Shown one piece after another: positions 47,896-57,941 of a stretch of DNA of 64,000 bases. The stretch covers positions 896,001 to 960,000 of the forward strand of contig JBEKKK010000001.1 in NCBI GenBank assembly GCA_050010755.1. The letters run 5' to 3'. Each line of letters opens with the position of its first letter. Within the stretch, counting starts at the first letter, position 1. The translations under genes were made by a program, and so were the position numbers. The notes below the pieces were generated by a model that made no database searches, was not told where the DNA came from, and saw only the letters and a list, made by a program, of their open reading frames with translations. The DNA is from Candidatus Bathyarchaeia archaeon (lineage in GTDB: Archaea > Thermoproteota > Bathyarchaeia > Bathyarchaeales > Bathycorpusculaceae).

Positions 47896-48075
47896 TCAAG
47901 AGCCCCGCACTTCCTTTTTCCTCGTCTCCCAGTATTCTTTTGCTTCCCCATACTCCTTTTCTTTTTCGTCTGCTCCCGATTTTCCCCTACATTCTGGGCA
48001 TAGGCACTTGCCCGCGTATTGCACATACCGGGTGTAGAACATCTTCCCGCAATTCTCGCATCGGTGATCGCCCAT
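47896..48075 (-). CDS. zinc-finger microprotein
   Basis: MGDHRCENCGKMFY......KCLCPECR, with GGAGG SD. Confidence 0.6.
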   Translation of the reverse strand: MGDHRCENCGKMFYTRYVQYAGKCLCPECRGKSGADEKEKEYGEAKEYWETRKKEVRGS

Positions 48076-48174
48076 GATTTCGCCCTCCGCATAATAGTTA
48101 TCTTCCAAGCAAGGATTTAACAAGTTCTACATTAGTCAGCCTCAAAGAAATCGGCTAGTTAGCGTGCGCGCTTA

Positions 48175-48243
48175 CTACTCTTCAGCGTCTTCTTCCTCTT
48201 CGAAGTCTTCATCTTCGTCAGACTCTTCCTCCTCTTCAAACAT
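48175..48243 (-). CDS. polyacidic micropeptide (22 aa)
   Basis: MFEEEEESDEDEDFEEEEDAEE**, with GGCGGTGA SD and TATA-like TTTAAG upstream. Confidence 0.45.
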   Translation of the reverse strand: MFEEEEESDEDEDFEEEEDAEE

Positions 48244-48493
48244 CGTTTGGACTCACCGCCTTCGTCCTCAAAATTCAATTCCTCTTCTTTGGGTCTTAAA
48301 TAATTAGCGCGTACAGTTTTTCATTGAACAGTTCAGAAACAGAGTCTTCGAGTCAGTCTGCAGCGTTCATCCTTAGAGAAGACCGGACAAGATAAAAAAC
48401 TTGAAGTACGCTGGAATAAAGAGCATAAATATCACTCGTGCTTGAAGCGAAAGAAAGCCGAAAAAGGGTCTTTCGCGGAAACAGCTCTTATCC

Positions 48494-48733
48494 TCAGAAA
48501 ATTGCGTGTTGGTGGGGGGAAACGCAAATTCGAAGCGTGGAGTTTATGTTGAAAGGCCAATCGTAATTCATGGCTTCGTCCGTGTGTTCCTTGTCATTGG
48601 CAACCCATGTTGGTATGGATTCTTCAACGGCTTTCGATAGGTCGCATGTTATGCCGCCGAATCTTTCGATGGCGTTGAATCTGAGCTTCTTTTCAAGCTC
48701 ATCTGGAGGAGGCTCCACGCAAATTCGCCCCAT
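48494..48733 (-). CDS. ribbon-helix-helix protein, copy 2 (diverged, extended)
   Basis: MGRICVEPPPDELEKKLRFNAIERFGG; the upstream ~200 nt are also homologous to 44080-44277. Confidence 0.6.
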   Translation of the reverse strand: MGRICVEPPPDELEKKLRFNAIERFGGITCDLSKAVEESIPTWVANDKEHTDEAMNYDWPFNINSTLRICVSPHQHAIF

Positions 48734-49288
48734 TTGAATTACCAACTTTTTTGTATGACTTCAAAAGATGTGCACGATTCGCACGTGTCAGATCTTCTTC
48801 CAATAAGCAAATTGCCAAATACCAAGCATCGTTCCTATTTCTCTTATCATTGTACATCAATCCTATTTACTTATCCTCATAGTATATTATACGCATACGC
48901 GCTTATAAGGATATCGGCTTAATTGCTTAAGTGTGTAAGTCATCATCATAGCGCGCGTGCTTTAATCGATGGATGGAGAAGAATAGGTCGCAAGACAGAT
49001 ACCATCTACGCGAAGAAAGTATAACAATCACCAAGCCGACATGGAGATTTCCACCACCCTTTTTTATTTAACAGAAGCGCGGGCTAATAGGCGTTGAAGG
49101 TCTGTTTCTGTTCTAACCGGTGCCAGCCGCGGTTCTGATTCGTGAAGCCGAGGTTAGCTTGATTAGCGCGCGTGTAACTCGTTACTTGGGAACGTTTTAT
49201 CTCCTCGGATGGTGGTTGGGTTGGGGTAAAATCTTTGCGCGCGGTAAAGCCATTAGTAACAGTTTGCAATTGGTGGCTTGACCAATAA

Positions 49289-49450
49289 ATGATAATTGGA
49301 TGGTTGCTTATCATCGTAGGAATCTTATTCGCAATTTCTGGCATCGGTGAAACTGCAAGAATTCGAACACGTGGGAGAGGGGATTTCGTTTTTGCCTTGG
49401 CAGGTGCGGCTGGAATTTTGTTGATAGTCGTGGGTGCAATATTAGTTTAA
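49289..49450 (+). CDS. 2-TM microprotein (53 aa)
   Basis: Manually read MIIGWLLIIVGILFAISGIGETARIRTRGRGDFVFALAGAAGILLIVVGAILV*. Confidence 0.55.
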   Translation: MIIGWLLIIVGILFAISGIGETARIRTRGRGDFVFALAGAAGILLIVVGAILV

Positions 49451-49581
49451 GTGCCTGTTCCTTAGTGAAACTCAGAGAATCATACGACAGAAATCTTGAT
49501 CGGCACGGCAACACAAGACAAACTAGAGGTTCAAGAAGACTTATAGTCAAAGCCAAACGAAAGGAATAATGAGTCAAGAAT

Positions 49582-49800
49582 ATGGAAGGAAGAAAGAAAG
49601 TATTGATAATTTTCGGAATGATTCTTTTTATAATAGGCGTGGTCGTTTCATTCTATCCGACGGTCGCTCCATATAAAAGTGTAGGCATAGTTCTGGCTTT
49701 GGCTGGAAGCGTGTGTGTGGTATTGGGGTTACTTTACTCGCGCGCGCTACAGAAGATACGACCATCGCGTACTAACCCACAGCAACCTAGTTCAACTTAG
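49582..49800 (+). CDS. 2-TM small membrane protein
   Basis: Two hydrophobic helices. Confidence 0.55.
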   Translation: MEGRKKVLIIFGMILFIIGVVVSFYPTVAPYKSVGIVLALAGSVCVVLGLLYSRALQKIRPSRTNPQQPSST

Positions 49801-49955
49801 ACCATTTTTCAAGAAGACAGAAATCTTTAATCTGTACGGCAAGAGAAGACAAACTGGGGATTCAAAATGAGTTGGAAAGCGCGTGCGCTTTTTCTTGATG
49901 TTGTCTGTTGACGTTCTGTGAAGTCTGCTGTTGGCTGTGCTCTTCTGCGGGGTTG

Positions 49956-50219
49956 TTACCTTTGGGTTGATGAATCACTTCTCATACGCGCATGAGGCTC
50001 AGAGGTTTCTCGCTCTAACAAAGCCCAGAATATGATGTCTCTTTCTGAGTTGACAGTTCCGCTATGTCTTACTGTCCATCCATCTCCAGCGTACTTGTTA
50101 AGAGCCTCAGTCCAATCACCTGCTTCTTCTTCTCCGTATGCGCCACCCTTACCACGCGCGCGCTGTCCAGTAAGGCGAGAGAAATCATAGGACATGTAAA
50201 TTACTTTGTATTGCAGCAT
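49956..50219 (-). CDS. DUF4177-like small protein
   Basis: QYKVI...LNKYAGDGW......LER pattern. Confidence 0.55.
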   Translation of the reverse strand: MLQYKVIYMSYDFSRLTGQRARGKGGAYGEEEAGDWTEALNKYAGDGWTVRHSGTVNSERDIIFWALLERETSEPHARMRSDSSTQR

Positions 50220-51082
50220 AACCTATGATTACCTCTAGTCGTATTTAATGCTTGACGAACTCTGGTTATGCGTAGCGTGCGCGGGAGCAGCGGTGGGTTA
50301 CCCCTACCGAAAAAGACGATGAGTAAGACGGGCAGGCCCCAAAAGGCTATACTAGTTTAACCCGTTAGGGGTCTTTTATTTTAAAAAAATTACTCCTCGT
50401 GCTAATACGTGGTGTTTGGGGTAAAAAGGTTAAGGAAGTGCCTGTGCAATACGGATGAGTATTGACTCTACTTGGGTGCACAATCCTTATGATAGCTTTT
50501 CTTTGCAAAGAACCCTTTCGTCACTTCTTGTCCTGCAGGAATTTCGTTTCCACATTTCGCGCATTTGACCATACTGAACTCCTCACAGCATATCAGAAGT
50601 CTGCATATTTACGCTTATCGCAAATCCTTCAATTTCAAGGACACGGTTCAACGGGTAGGAGTTTGGGGGCGAAGTTTTTTCAATGTTCTTTTTGTGAGAA
50701 ATTGCCACAATTGCCTATAGCGCAGTCCGTCTTTGGGTGGCGAGCTTTAACTCAACGGTTTCTCATAGACTTAGCTGGTGAAAGTCGAAATTATAATGGC
50801 GTCTATGATGATATCACGTCAGTATGAAGGGATTTAAGTTCGGTTCTTTTTTCCCAGGATGATTTGACATTAAATCGATTCTGAGGCACCACAACACCAT
50901 CTTCTAAAGCAGGCTCACAATGAGCTTGCAGAGCAACTGAAGAAAAGCTGTAACGTGGAGACATGAAGTTGTCATTGTGAAAGGTAGCTCTCAAGACCGA
51001 TACAGAGACCTTAGGACGGGTCGTTTCGTTAGGAAGCCTTAGAAAAAGCGCGCTGGGAGGGGGTTAGAATTCAATGCTTTAC

Positions 51083-51493
51083 TTACTCGTTTCTTTTCTG
51101 CTCCTTCCACTTTGCGTATTCTTCCCGCAATTGACGGTCCATAGCAGGGTCTGCATTCACATTTATTTGAAAGATTGTTTGCCCTGTCAAGTTCTTAACG
51201 TGCCTCAACCACATTTCAAAATCCAAAGTGCCTTTCTTTCTTTCCCTGTCCATATCCTTTTGATAGTCATTTTCCTGCGGCGCGGGCTTGGTTTCAATAA
51301 TGACTAGGTCTTTCCTTGGGTCAACAATTATTATAGCCTCAGTCATCGTGCGGAAAAGCTCTGATGTCTCCTCGTCCGATAAGTGAACTTTTGCCGTGTC
51401 AAGAATCTTCTGTAAAGTGTTATTCAAGTCTTTCATGAGGTTTGGATTGCTCTTCAGAGTCTTCAAAACGACCTCAACATTCTTAGAAACCAT
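51083..51493 (-). CDS. hypothetical protein
   Basis: 136-aa ORF with protein-like composition. Confidence 0.55.
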   Translation of the reverse strand: MVSKNVEVVLKTLKSNPNLMKDLNNTLQKILDTAKVHLSDEETSELFRTMTEAIIIVDPRKDLVIIETKPAPQENDYQKDMDRERKKGTLDFEMWLRHVKNLTGQTIFQINVNADPAMDRQLREEYAKWKEQKRNE

Positions 51494-51627
51494 GCTTCAA
51501 ATCCTACGGGTCGACTCCTGCCATCTACATTCTGGTCCACTAGCTATTTAATTCTTGCTGGCTTGACAAAACGATCAGAAATTCCAATCTGGTTAATGGT
51601 GGTTAAACAAAATCTCCCCCACACACA

Positions 51628-51860
51628 AAGCGCGCGCTTCATGCTAACTACAAAAGTCCTTGAACAAACTTCTAAATTCAAGATAACCCATAAGCTGACT
51701 ATCCGTTCTAACCGTAGACATGAACGATTCTAGGAGAAAGCTTCTCTCCTTTACAGTTCGATTTCAAACTTCTGAAATGTTTGAGGCATTGTTGAAGAAA
51801 CCAGGCAATCAAACCCTTTTTACGTGACTGTATGGTGCATTAACGTCTAGCGTGCACGGG
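51628..51860. repeat. about 220-bp dispersed repeat, copy 2
   Basis: Aligns with 38391-38613 and supplies the last codons and stop of the DinB gene. Confidence 0.85.
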
Positions 51861-52319
51861 GTATCCTATGAGTGGTGGTTCAATACCCATTTGCCAGAAT
51901 AGAGCTATCAGCTCGCCTTGATGATGAACTTCCTCTTCGAAAACATGAACCAAAATGTCCTCGGCAGTCAGCGTTTCGGGTTTGCCATTTCTAGTGTCAT
52001 GATATTTCTTCTTTAGGCCTTCAGGAGACAGCGTTTCAAGGTAGTCGTGCATACGTTTTTCCACTTGTTTCATGTAGGTCTCCATTTCTTTCAGGTTCTT
52101 GTATTCCTCGAATTTCTTCTTTGAACGTTGGTTTTCATTTTGGAGGAAATCTAGCCAGTAGTCTGTTGCGTTTAGTGTGTGGATGAAGATGTTTCTAATC
52201 GAGTGGAAACTGGCTTCTCTATTCTTAATGAATTCACGCCACGACAGTTTGGCGAATGCCCCGAAGAAAGCGTGTCTCTCATTATCATTATATGCAAGAA
52301 GTTCTCTTACGTCAACCAT
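51840..52319 (-). CDS. DinB/YfiT family protein
   Basis: SIRNIFIH....W and H...E.HHQGEL motifs. Confidence 0.85.
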   Translation of the reverse strand: MVDVRELLAYNDNERHAFFGAFAKLSWREFIKNREASFHSIRNIFIHTLNATDYWLDFLQNENQRSKKKFEEYKNLKEMETYMKQVEKRMHDYLETLSPEGLKKKYHDTRNGKPETLTAEDILVHVFEEEVHHQGELIALFWQMGIEPPLIGYPVHARR

Positions 52320-52631
52320 TACAAGCGCCTATTGTATGATAATCTTCGTTCGGCTATAACTTTTCCGTAAAACCAAAAACTTGCCTAAAGGACTGATAGA
52401 GATTACTTCTAGTGATAAGCTAGTCAAACTGGGCACTTGCTGAATATGTGAGAAACGAAAAATAAACATGGATTCCTGGAATAGTCAATTTAGGTTAGCG
52501 CGCGCTATTTTTACAGTAGCTTGCTTCAAGCGATTTGAAAATGAGGGTAGCGGGCGGGTTTAAACCAAAGTGGCGTTGACAGAATATAAGCAAAGGTTTA
52601 GGCTTGTCTTTGAGGGCGCGTTTAACCACAC

Positions 52632-52772
52632 TCATTCATGAATGCCGATGAAACTTCCTGGGATGAAAACTGCTTTGCATTTTGGGCAAGTACATTTGCC
52701 GTCTGGGTTTTTGGTCATTTGCGTGCCACACTGAGGACATTTCGGGCATCGTGGGCTAGACTTGTCAGACGT
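52632..52772 (-). CDS. zinc-ribbon microprotein (46 aa) with ACG at the expected start
   Basis: GGAGGTGA-taaa-ACG, then SDKSSPRCPKCPQCGTQMTKNPDGKCTCPKCKAVF...*. Confidence 0.5.
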   Translation of the reverse strand, partial: TSDKSSPRCPKCPQCGTQMTKNPDGKCTCPKCKAVFIPGSFIGIHE

Positions 52773-53050
52773 TTTATCACCTCCAGTGCCCCAATGGTTG
52801 TCCCTTACGGTTTCGTAATTTGTTGTATTTAAGGTTGGGCACTCGCGCGCGCTCTGTCTCCGTCTGTGTGTGTTTTTTTGTTTGTGTCAAGGTGTAGAAA
52901 GTAAGAGAGATATCTAATAGTCTGTAGAAGCAGTAGTAGAAGAAGAAAAAGGGTAAAGTTTTATCCCATACACACTTTTTGACAAGATTCTTCTTCGTTA
53001 GAGGAATAATTATATGTGTGAAAAAGAAGTTTTTTCCGAGGAGTTAAGCT

Positions 53051-53503
53051 GTGTTGCATTTGGATCATGTGAGACTGTTGGTTGTCGATTTTGGGGCCTG
53101 CTTTCGCTTCTACAGAGACGCCATGGGCTTGAGGGTAACGTGGGGAGAAGAAAAGGATGCATACGCAAGTTACGTTTCAGAAGGAGGAGCCCAACTTTCT
53201 CTCTTTAAGAGAGAAGTTCAAGCAAAAGCCTTGGGCACGTCCAACCTTCCTGAGAGTGCAGTTGTCCAGGACAGAATGGCTTTGATATTTGCCGTGGATG
53301 ACCTTGACACTACCGTCAAGAGATTGAAAGAAAGGAATATTGGATTCATTACTGAGCCTCAAGAACGTCCAGATTGGGGTATACGAGTGGTTTACCTGAG
53401 AGACCCTGATGGAAACCTTATCGAAATCAACAGTCCGATATCTACTAAGAATTGGACGAAAGAACTTCAGGAAGAGTCAGAGAAATACACGACGAAAAAG
53501 TGA
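53051..53503 (+). CDS. VOC/glyoxalase family protein
   Basis: HVRLLV.D....RFY...G and PDWG....LRDPDGNLIEI motifs. Confidence 0.9.
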   Translation: MLHLDHVRLLVVDFGACFRFYRDAMGLRVTWGEEKDAYASYVSEGGAQLSLFKREVQAKALGTSNLPESAVVQDRMALIFAVDDLDTTVKRLKERNIGFITEPQERPDWGIRVVYLRDPDGNLIEINSPISTKNWTKELQEESEKYTTKK

Positions 53504-53867
53504 GGAGACGAAGCTTCTATTAAAACCTAGTGCGTTCTCAAAATCATGTTTGTGAAATGTACGTCTTAAGAAGAGCTTAAGGCATACATTTCTTAACGTT
53601 GAAACACACTTTTGTTCCTTCCTTCCTCAATCGTCCGTTCACGGTTTCCGTTGTCCGTCGTGGTCCTCGTTGGTTAAGGTCGTCGTCCGTTTGGTTGGTT
53701 GGGTAAAGTTTTATTGTGTGTGTGGGGATAAACTAGCGCGCGCGCTAACCGTTCAACGTGAAAAAATGTAGGGAAATGATAAATTCTCTAAGATCTTATG
53801 AGGAGTGGATTGTTTGAAAGGCTACTCTTTTCAATGATTAAGATAACCTGGACAAGAGGTTGAAAAA

Positions 53868-55055
53868 GTGAGTGAGTTGAAGATGCCTGAAAGGATCAAA
53901 TTCTTGGCTTTTGAAGCCAGAGAGATTGGTGGAATGAATGTCAAGAACAGGTTAGTTAGATCTGCTACATATGAGCATATGGCTTCTGAAGGTGGTAGCG
54001 TTACAGACGAACTCATAAACTTGTATAGGACTCTGGCTGAAGGTGGAGTTGGATTGATAATCACAGGTGCTGCTTATGTGCAACTTAGTGGTAAGTCTGT
54101 TCCTTGCCTGACGGGGATATACAGAGACGATCTGATTCCAGGATTGAGAAAAATCGCAGAAACAGTCCATGAACATGGCGATGGTTGCAAAGTTGCGATA
54201 CAGCTGCTTCATTGTGGTCGTCAGTCGTTTGTGTTAGAAAACACTGTAGCCCCTTCTGCCGTTTTTGAACCTGTGGTTAAAAAAATGCCACGAGAAATGA
54301 CGATTGAAGAAATAGAAGAGACAATAGAAGCTTTTGCAAAAGCAGCGAGGAGGGCAAAGGAGGCAGGGTTCGACGCCGTTCAACTCCACGCTGCCCATGG
54401 ATACCTCTTGAGTGAGTTCCTGTCCCCTTACACTAACAGAAGGACAGATGAATACGGGGGCAGCACAGGAAACAGGACCAAAATCGTTGAAGATATTTAC
54501 AAAAGGATCGTGGAAAATGTTGGAACGGATTTTCCCATTTTGATAAAGATTAACGTGGACGATTTTTTGGAAGGCGGAATAGACCTCAGCGAGTCCAAAA
54601 AGGTTGCAGAAAGGCTTTCAAAAACGGGGTTTGCAGCCATTGAAACCAGCGGGTGCATGTGGGAAGTCACGACACGTAGTAAAGAAGAACTTGGCTGGGT
54701 ACCGGCTATGTTACCTGAAAGCCGAATAAACATCAGGTGTAAAGATAAGGAAGCCTACTTTTTACCTTACGCCAGAGAAATCAGGAAAGTGATCGCTGCG
54801 CCATTAATTCTGGTCGGTGGAATCAGATCCCTTGACGTGATTGAAAACATACTGGCTGAAGGAAGCGTGGATTTCGTTGCCCTATGCCGACCCTTGATTC
54901 GACAACCAGACCTTCCGAATAAATGGCTAAAGGAAATTGGAGCATTAACCGCTGACTGCATTTCATGTAACGGCTGTGTTCGCAGCACAATGGTTGGCGG
55001 CATAAGGTGTATCCCAGAGGAAAAAAGAAATAGAATACGAATCGAAGTTTCTTGA
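53868..55055 (+). CDS. NADH:flavin oxidoreductase (Old Yellow Enzyme family)
   Basis: KNRLVRSAT, HAAHGYLLSEFLSP..NRRTDEYGGS..NR and C-terminal CISCNGC. Confidence 0.9.
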   Translation: MSELKMPERIKFLAFEAREIGGMNVKNRLVRSATYEHMASEGGSVTDELINLYRTLAEGGVGLIITGAAYVQLSGKSVPCLTGIYRDDLIPGLRKIAETVHEHGDGCKVAIQLLHCGRQSFVLENTVAPSAVFEPVVKKMPREMTIEEIEETIEAFAKAARRAKEAGFDAVQLHAAHGYLLSEFLSPYTNRRTDEYGGSTGNRTKIVEDIYKRIVENVGTDFPILIKINVDDFLEGGIDLSESKKVAERLSKTGFAAIETSGCMWEVTTRSKEELGWVPAMLPESRINIRCKDKEAYFLPYAREIRKVIAAPLILVGGIRSLDVIENILAEGSVDFVALCRPLIRQPDLPNKWLKEIGALTADCISCNGCVRSTMVGGIRCIPEEKRNRIRIEVS

Positions 55056-55247
55056 AAATCTTAACAGAGAATGGCTCGAACTTTGCAGATGGAGAATTAG
55101 TGAAAAGAAATTCGTTGTTAGCATATAGATGCTTGAAAGCAACTGTAAACCCTTGTCCTGATATCTGTTCATTTCGGCTATAACTTTTCCCCCAAACCCA
55201 AAATAAGTCGAAAGAATGGAACAAAAAGACTAATAGTTGAAGAGGCT

Positions 55248-55704
55248 ATGTCATTTATTAGAAAAAGACAGGAGAATAATGTGAAAAGAAGCTATTTTCA
55301 TCTAATTGCTATCATAGGAATAATCTTAGGTGTGGCACTCTTAGAAGGCGGAATATACGCAAGCACTTACTCTACACGGTCTGGTTCGCCTCCTGCTATG
55401 GTCAGGCTCGTTTACCCTTATGCCGTATATTCGAGTGTCCTATTTGGTGCAGGGGCTGTCTCGATATTCGTAGGAATAGTCGCTGTCTCGCTTGCCCCCC
55501 CAGAGGAAACAAGCGGTCATAAGAGTTCTGATATTTCTTGCCTTCCTCTTCGCTGAAACTGTGGCAGCATTTCTCACAGTTCATAATGGATTCAATTATC
55601 TTGGATTTCTTGCTATTACTCTAATAATTCTGGTGCTCTGCATTTATTCAGTACTCAACTATCCAACAAAGTTAAAAACCAAAAATACCCTTAGCGCGCG
55701 CTGA
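55248..55704 (+). pseudogene. 4-TM membrane protein split by a frameshift in a C7 tract
   Basis: ORFs 55248..55556 and 55492..55704 fuse as ..VSLAPQRKQAVIRVLIF if the C7 run at 55495-55501 is C6. Confidence 0.55.
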
Positions 55705-55839
55705 GTGTGTGAGTGTAAGTAAGTGAGCGACTGAAGGAGCAAGTAATTGAATGAGTGATTATGTGGTTAAGAACGTATGAGAGAATTTGGGTTTGGGTTT
55801 GGGCTATAACTTTTCCGCAAAACCAAAAACTGTTTCTGT

Positions 55840-56373
55840 TCATGCAGTCTTTGTTAGTATTTTTGGTTCTTTCCATTCTTCTCTGAGGATGCTGTATAAG
55901 GTTATGTCTGTCCATTCTCCTCGAATAAAGCTACGTTTCCGCATTATGCCCTCTCTTCTGAAGCCTATTTTTTCTAGGGCTCTCTGTGACGGGTTCTTGA
56001 TATGAGTTGTTGCTTGAATACAGGGAGCCTCTTTGCTGAGAAACAGGTAGTCTATCATTATTTGTGTGGCTTCGGTGCCGTAGCCTTTTCTCCTCTCGTT
56101 TGGAATTAGGGAAGCGCCTATTTCCAACGTTTTGCCCATCGGGTGTAATACGTGGAAGTGAGTAATCAACCCAATCTTCGTTCCGTCTTTCTTCTCTATT
56201 ATGAAGTCCTTGAACTCGTAGGGACTAGGTTCTGACAATGCTTTTTCCATTTCTGCTTTAGACCTTTGACTCGGCAAGAAATATTCCGAATCCACATTGT
56301 TAGCCCATTTATGCCAGAACGACACGTCTTCCTTCTCCATAGCCCTCAGATTCACGGTCTTACCTTCAAGCAA
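55840..56373 (-). CDS. RimJ/RimL-type GNAT acetyltransferase
   Basis: RRKGYGTEA and N.SQRALEKIGF.REG..R motifs. Confidence 0.85.
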   Translation of the reverse strand: MLEGKTVNLRAMEKEDVSFWHKWANNVDSEYFLPSQRSKAEMEKALSEPSPYEFKDFIIEKKDGTKIGLITHFHVLHPMGKTLEIGASLIPNERRKGYGTEATQIMIDYLFLSKEAPCIQATTHIKNPSQRALEKIGFRREGIMRKRSFIRGEWTDITLYSILREEWKEPKILTKTA

Positions 56374-56743
56374 CTCGATTCACCAGCCCAGCTGTTGCTC
56401 TGGGGTCAGCTATAACTTTTCCCATTGACCGACCGCTACGCAGGCCACAACTCCCGATGGTCGGTCGGTAAAGTTTTATCCAATTCAAACTTGCGGCGTG
56501 GCTTGCTGTGGAAAAAGAGAGCTACTGCGGGTGCAGTATACTGGATTCAGAATACACGGCATTCCCATTGTAAAAAGAGCTATTGCTGGAAATCAGGTCG
56601 TAATAGGGTAGGGATGGGTAGTACCGGAATCGAGTATAGGCCCTATCTCTATGTTGCGGGATAGTTGTAGCTGAACCGAAAATCAGTTTAGAGCAGATAG
56701 TGGAGGAATTGTATTATTAAATAGGTGTTCGGCAAGAAGTTTC

Positions 56744-57832
56744 TTGAGTGAAGAGGGACGATCTTTGAGTGATACGGTTTATGAGCGTCTTGCTGATGCT
56801 TTGGATCGGCTACCGAACGGTTTTCCCAGAACACCTTCATATGTTGAGATTCGAATTCTGAAGAAGATATTCTCGCCCGAGGAGGCGAAGCTTGCGTGTC
56901 AGTTGAGCGGATGCTTGGAATCCATCGATGTCATAGGCAATAGGGCCGGTTTTTCCGCTAAGAAGACAGAAACAGGGTTAACGAAATTGGCTAAGCGTGG
57001 ACTCGTTTGGTACGATGATGAAAAGGGAAAACCGTTGTTCAGACTTGCGCCCTTCATAGTTGGCATTTACGAGGCTCAGTTGGAGAGCATGGATCACGAG
57101 TTAGCTCACCTCGTCGAAGATTATTTGATGAATGGGGGCGCGGTTGGCATCATGAAGCCTCAGCCAGCTCTGCACCGTGTTATCCCCGCACAAAAGGCAG
57201 TCAAATCGGAGTTGATACTTCCGTATGACGATGTCAAGGTGATACTTCTGAACTCCAAATCGTTCGGCCTACGCGAGTGCATCTGCAGAGTACAACGGAA
57301 GACGCTCGGCCACAAATGCGACTTTCCAGTCAAAACCTGCCTGTTCTTCTCAGAATACGAACGTCCTCCACACAGATACACAATCTCTCAACAAGAAGCC
57401 CTGGCCTTTCTCGATAAAGCCGAAGAAATAGGCCTAGTCCACACGGTCAGCAACGTCATGAGAGGTGTAGGGTACGTCTGCAACTGCTGCGGCTGCTGCT
57501 GCGGCATACTCAGAGGCATCAACGACTGGGGCATAGAAAATAGCGTCGCCCACGCTAACTACACCGCCACAATCGACCCAGACGCCTGCCTAAACTGCGG
57601 AACCTGCAGAACCAGATGCCAAGTACACGCCATAACCGAACAAAACGGCACATCCGTCGTTGACACAAAAAGATGCATCGGCTGCGGACTCTGCGCCACC
57701 GGCTGCCCAAACAACGCAGCCCAACTCAAACGCAAACCTCCAAGCCAAATCATCAACCCCCCAGAAAACTTCGCAGCATGGGAACACGAACGCCTTCACA
57801 ACCGAGGACTAACCAAACAACAAACAAAGTGA
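56744..57832 (+). CDS. 4Fe-4S binding protein with N-terminal helical/HTH region
   Basis: CICR, CNCCGCCC and two CxxCxxCxxxC ferredoxin motifs. Confidence 0.85.
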   Translation: MSEEGRSLSDTVYERLADALDRLPNGFPRTPSYVEIRILKKIFSPEEAKLACQLSGCLESIDVIGNRAGFSAKKTETGLTKLAKRGLVWYDDEKGKPLFRLAPFIVGIYEAQLESMDHELAHLVEDYLMNGGAVGIMKPQPALHRVIPAQKAVKSELILPYDDVKVILLNSKSFGLRECICRVQRKTLGHKCDFPVKTCLFFSEYERPPHRYTISQQEALAFLDKAEEIGLVHTVSNVMRGVGYVCNCCGCCCGILRGINDWGIENSVAHANYTATIDPDACLNCGTCRTRCQVHAITEQNGTSVVDTKRCIGCGLCATGCPNNAAQLKRKPPSQIINPPENFAAWEHERLHNRGLTKQQTK

Positions 57833-57941
57833 AGGCGACGTTTGGGTTTGGGATAAAACTTTACCCTTTTCTCTCTCATGCGTTTAAGATGCCGCGATAA
57901 AGCGCGCGCTATCGTTAGATGGGTGGAAGAACACATTAAAC

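Noticed and set aside
50455-51042. Possible decayed gene ending ...RYRDLRTGRFVRKP*
   Set aside because: It needs several frameshifts and stops, and no family could be assigned.
53630-53700. GTCC/GTCG/GGTT-rich low-complexity stretch
   Set aside because: No consistent period or fold could be supported.
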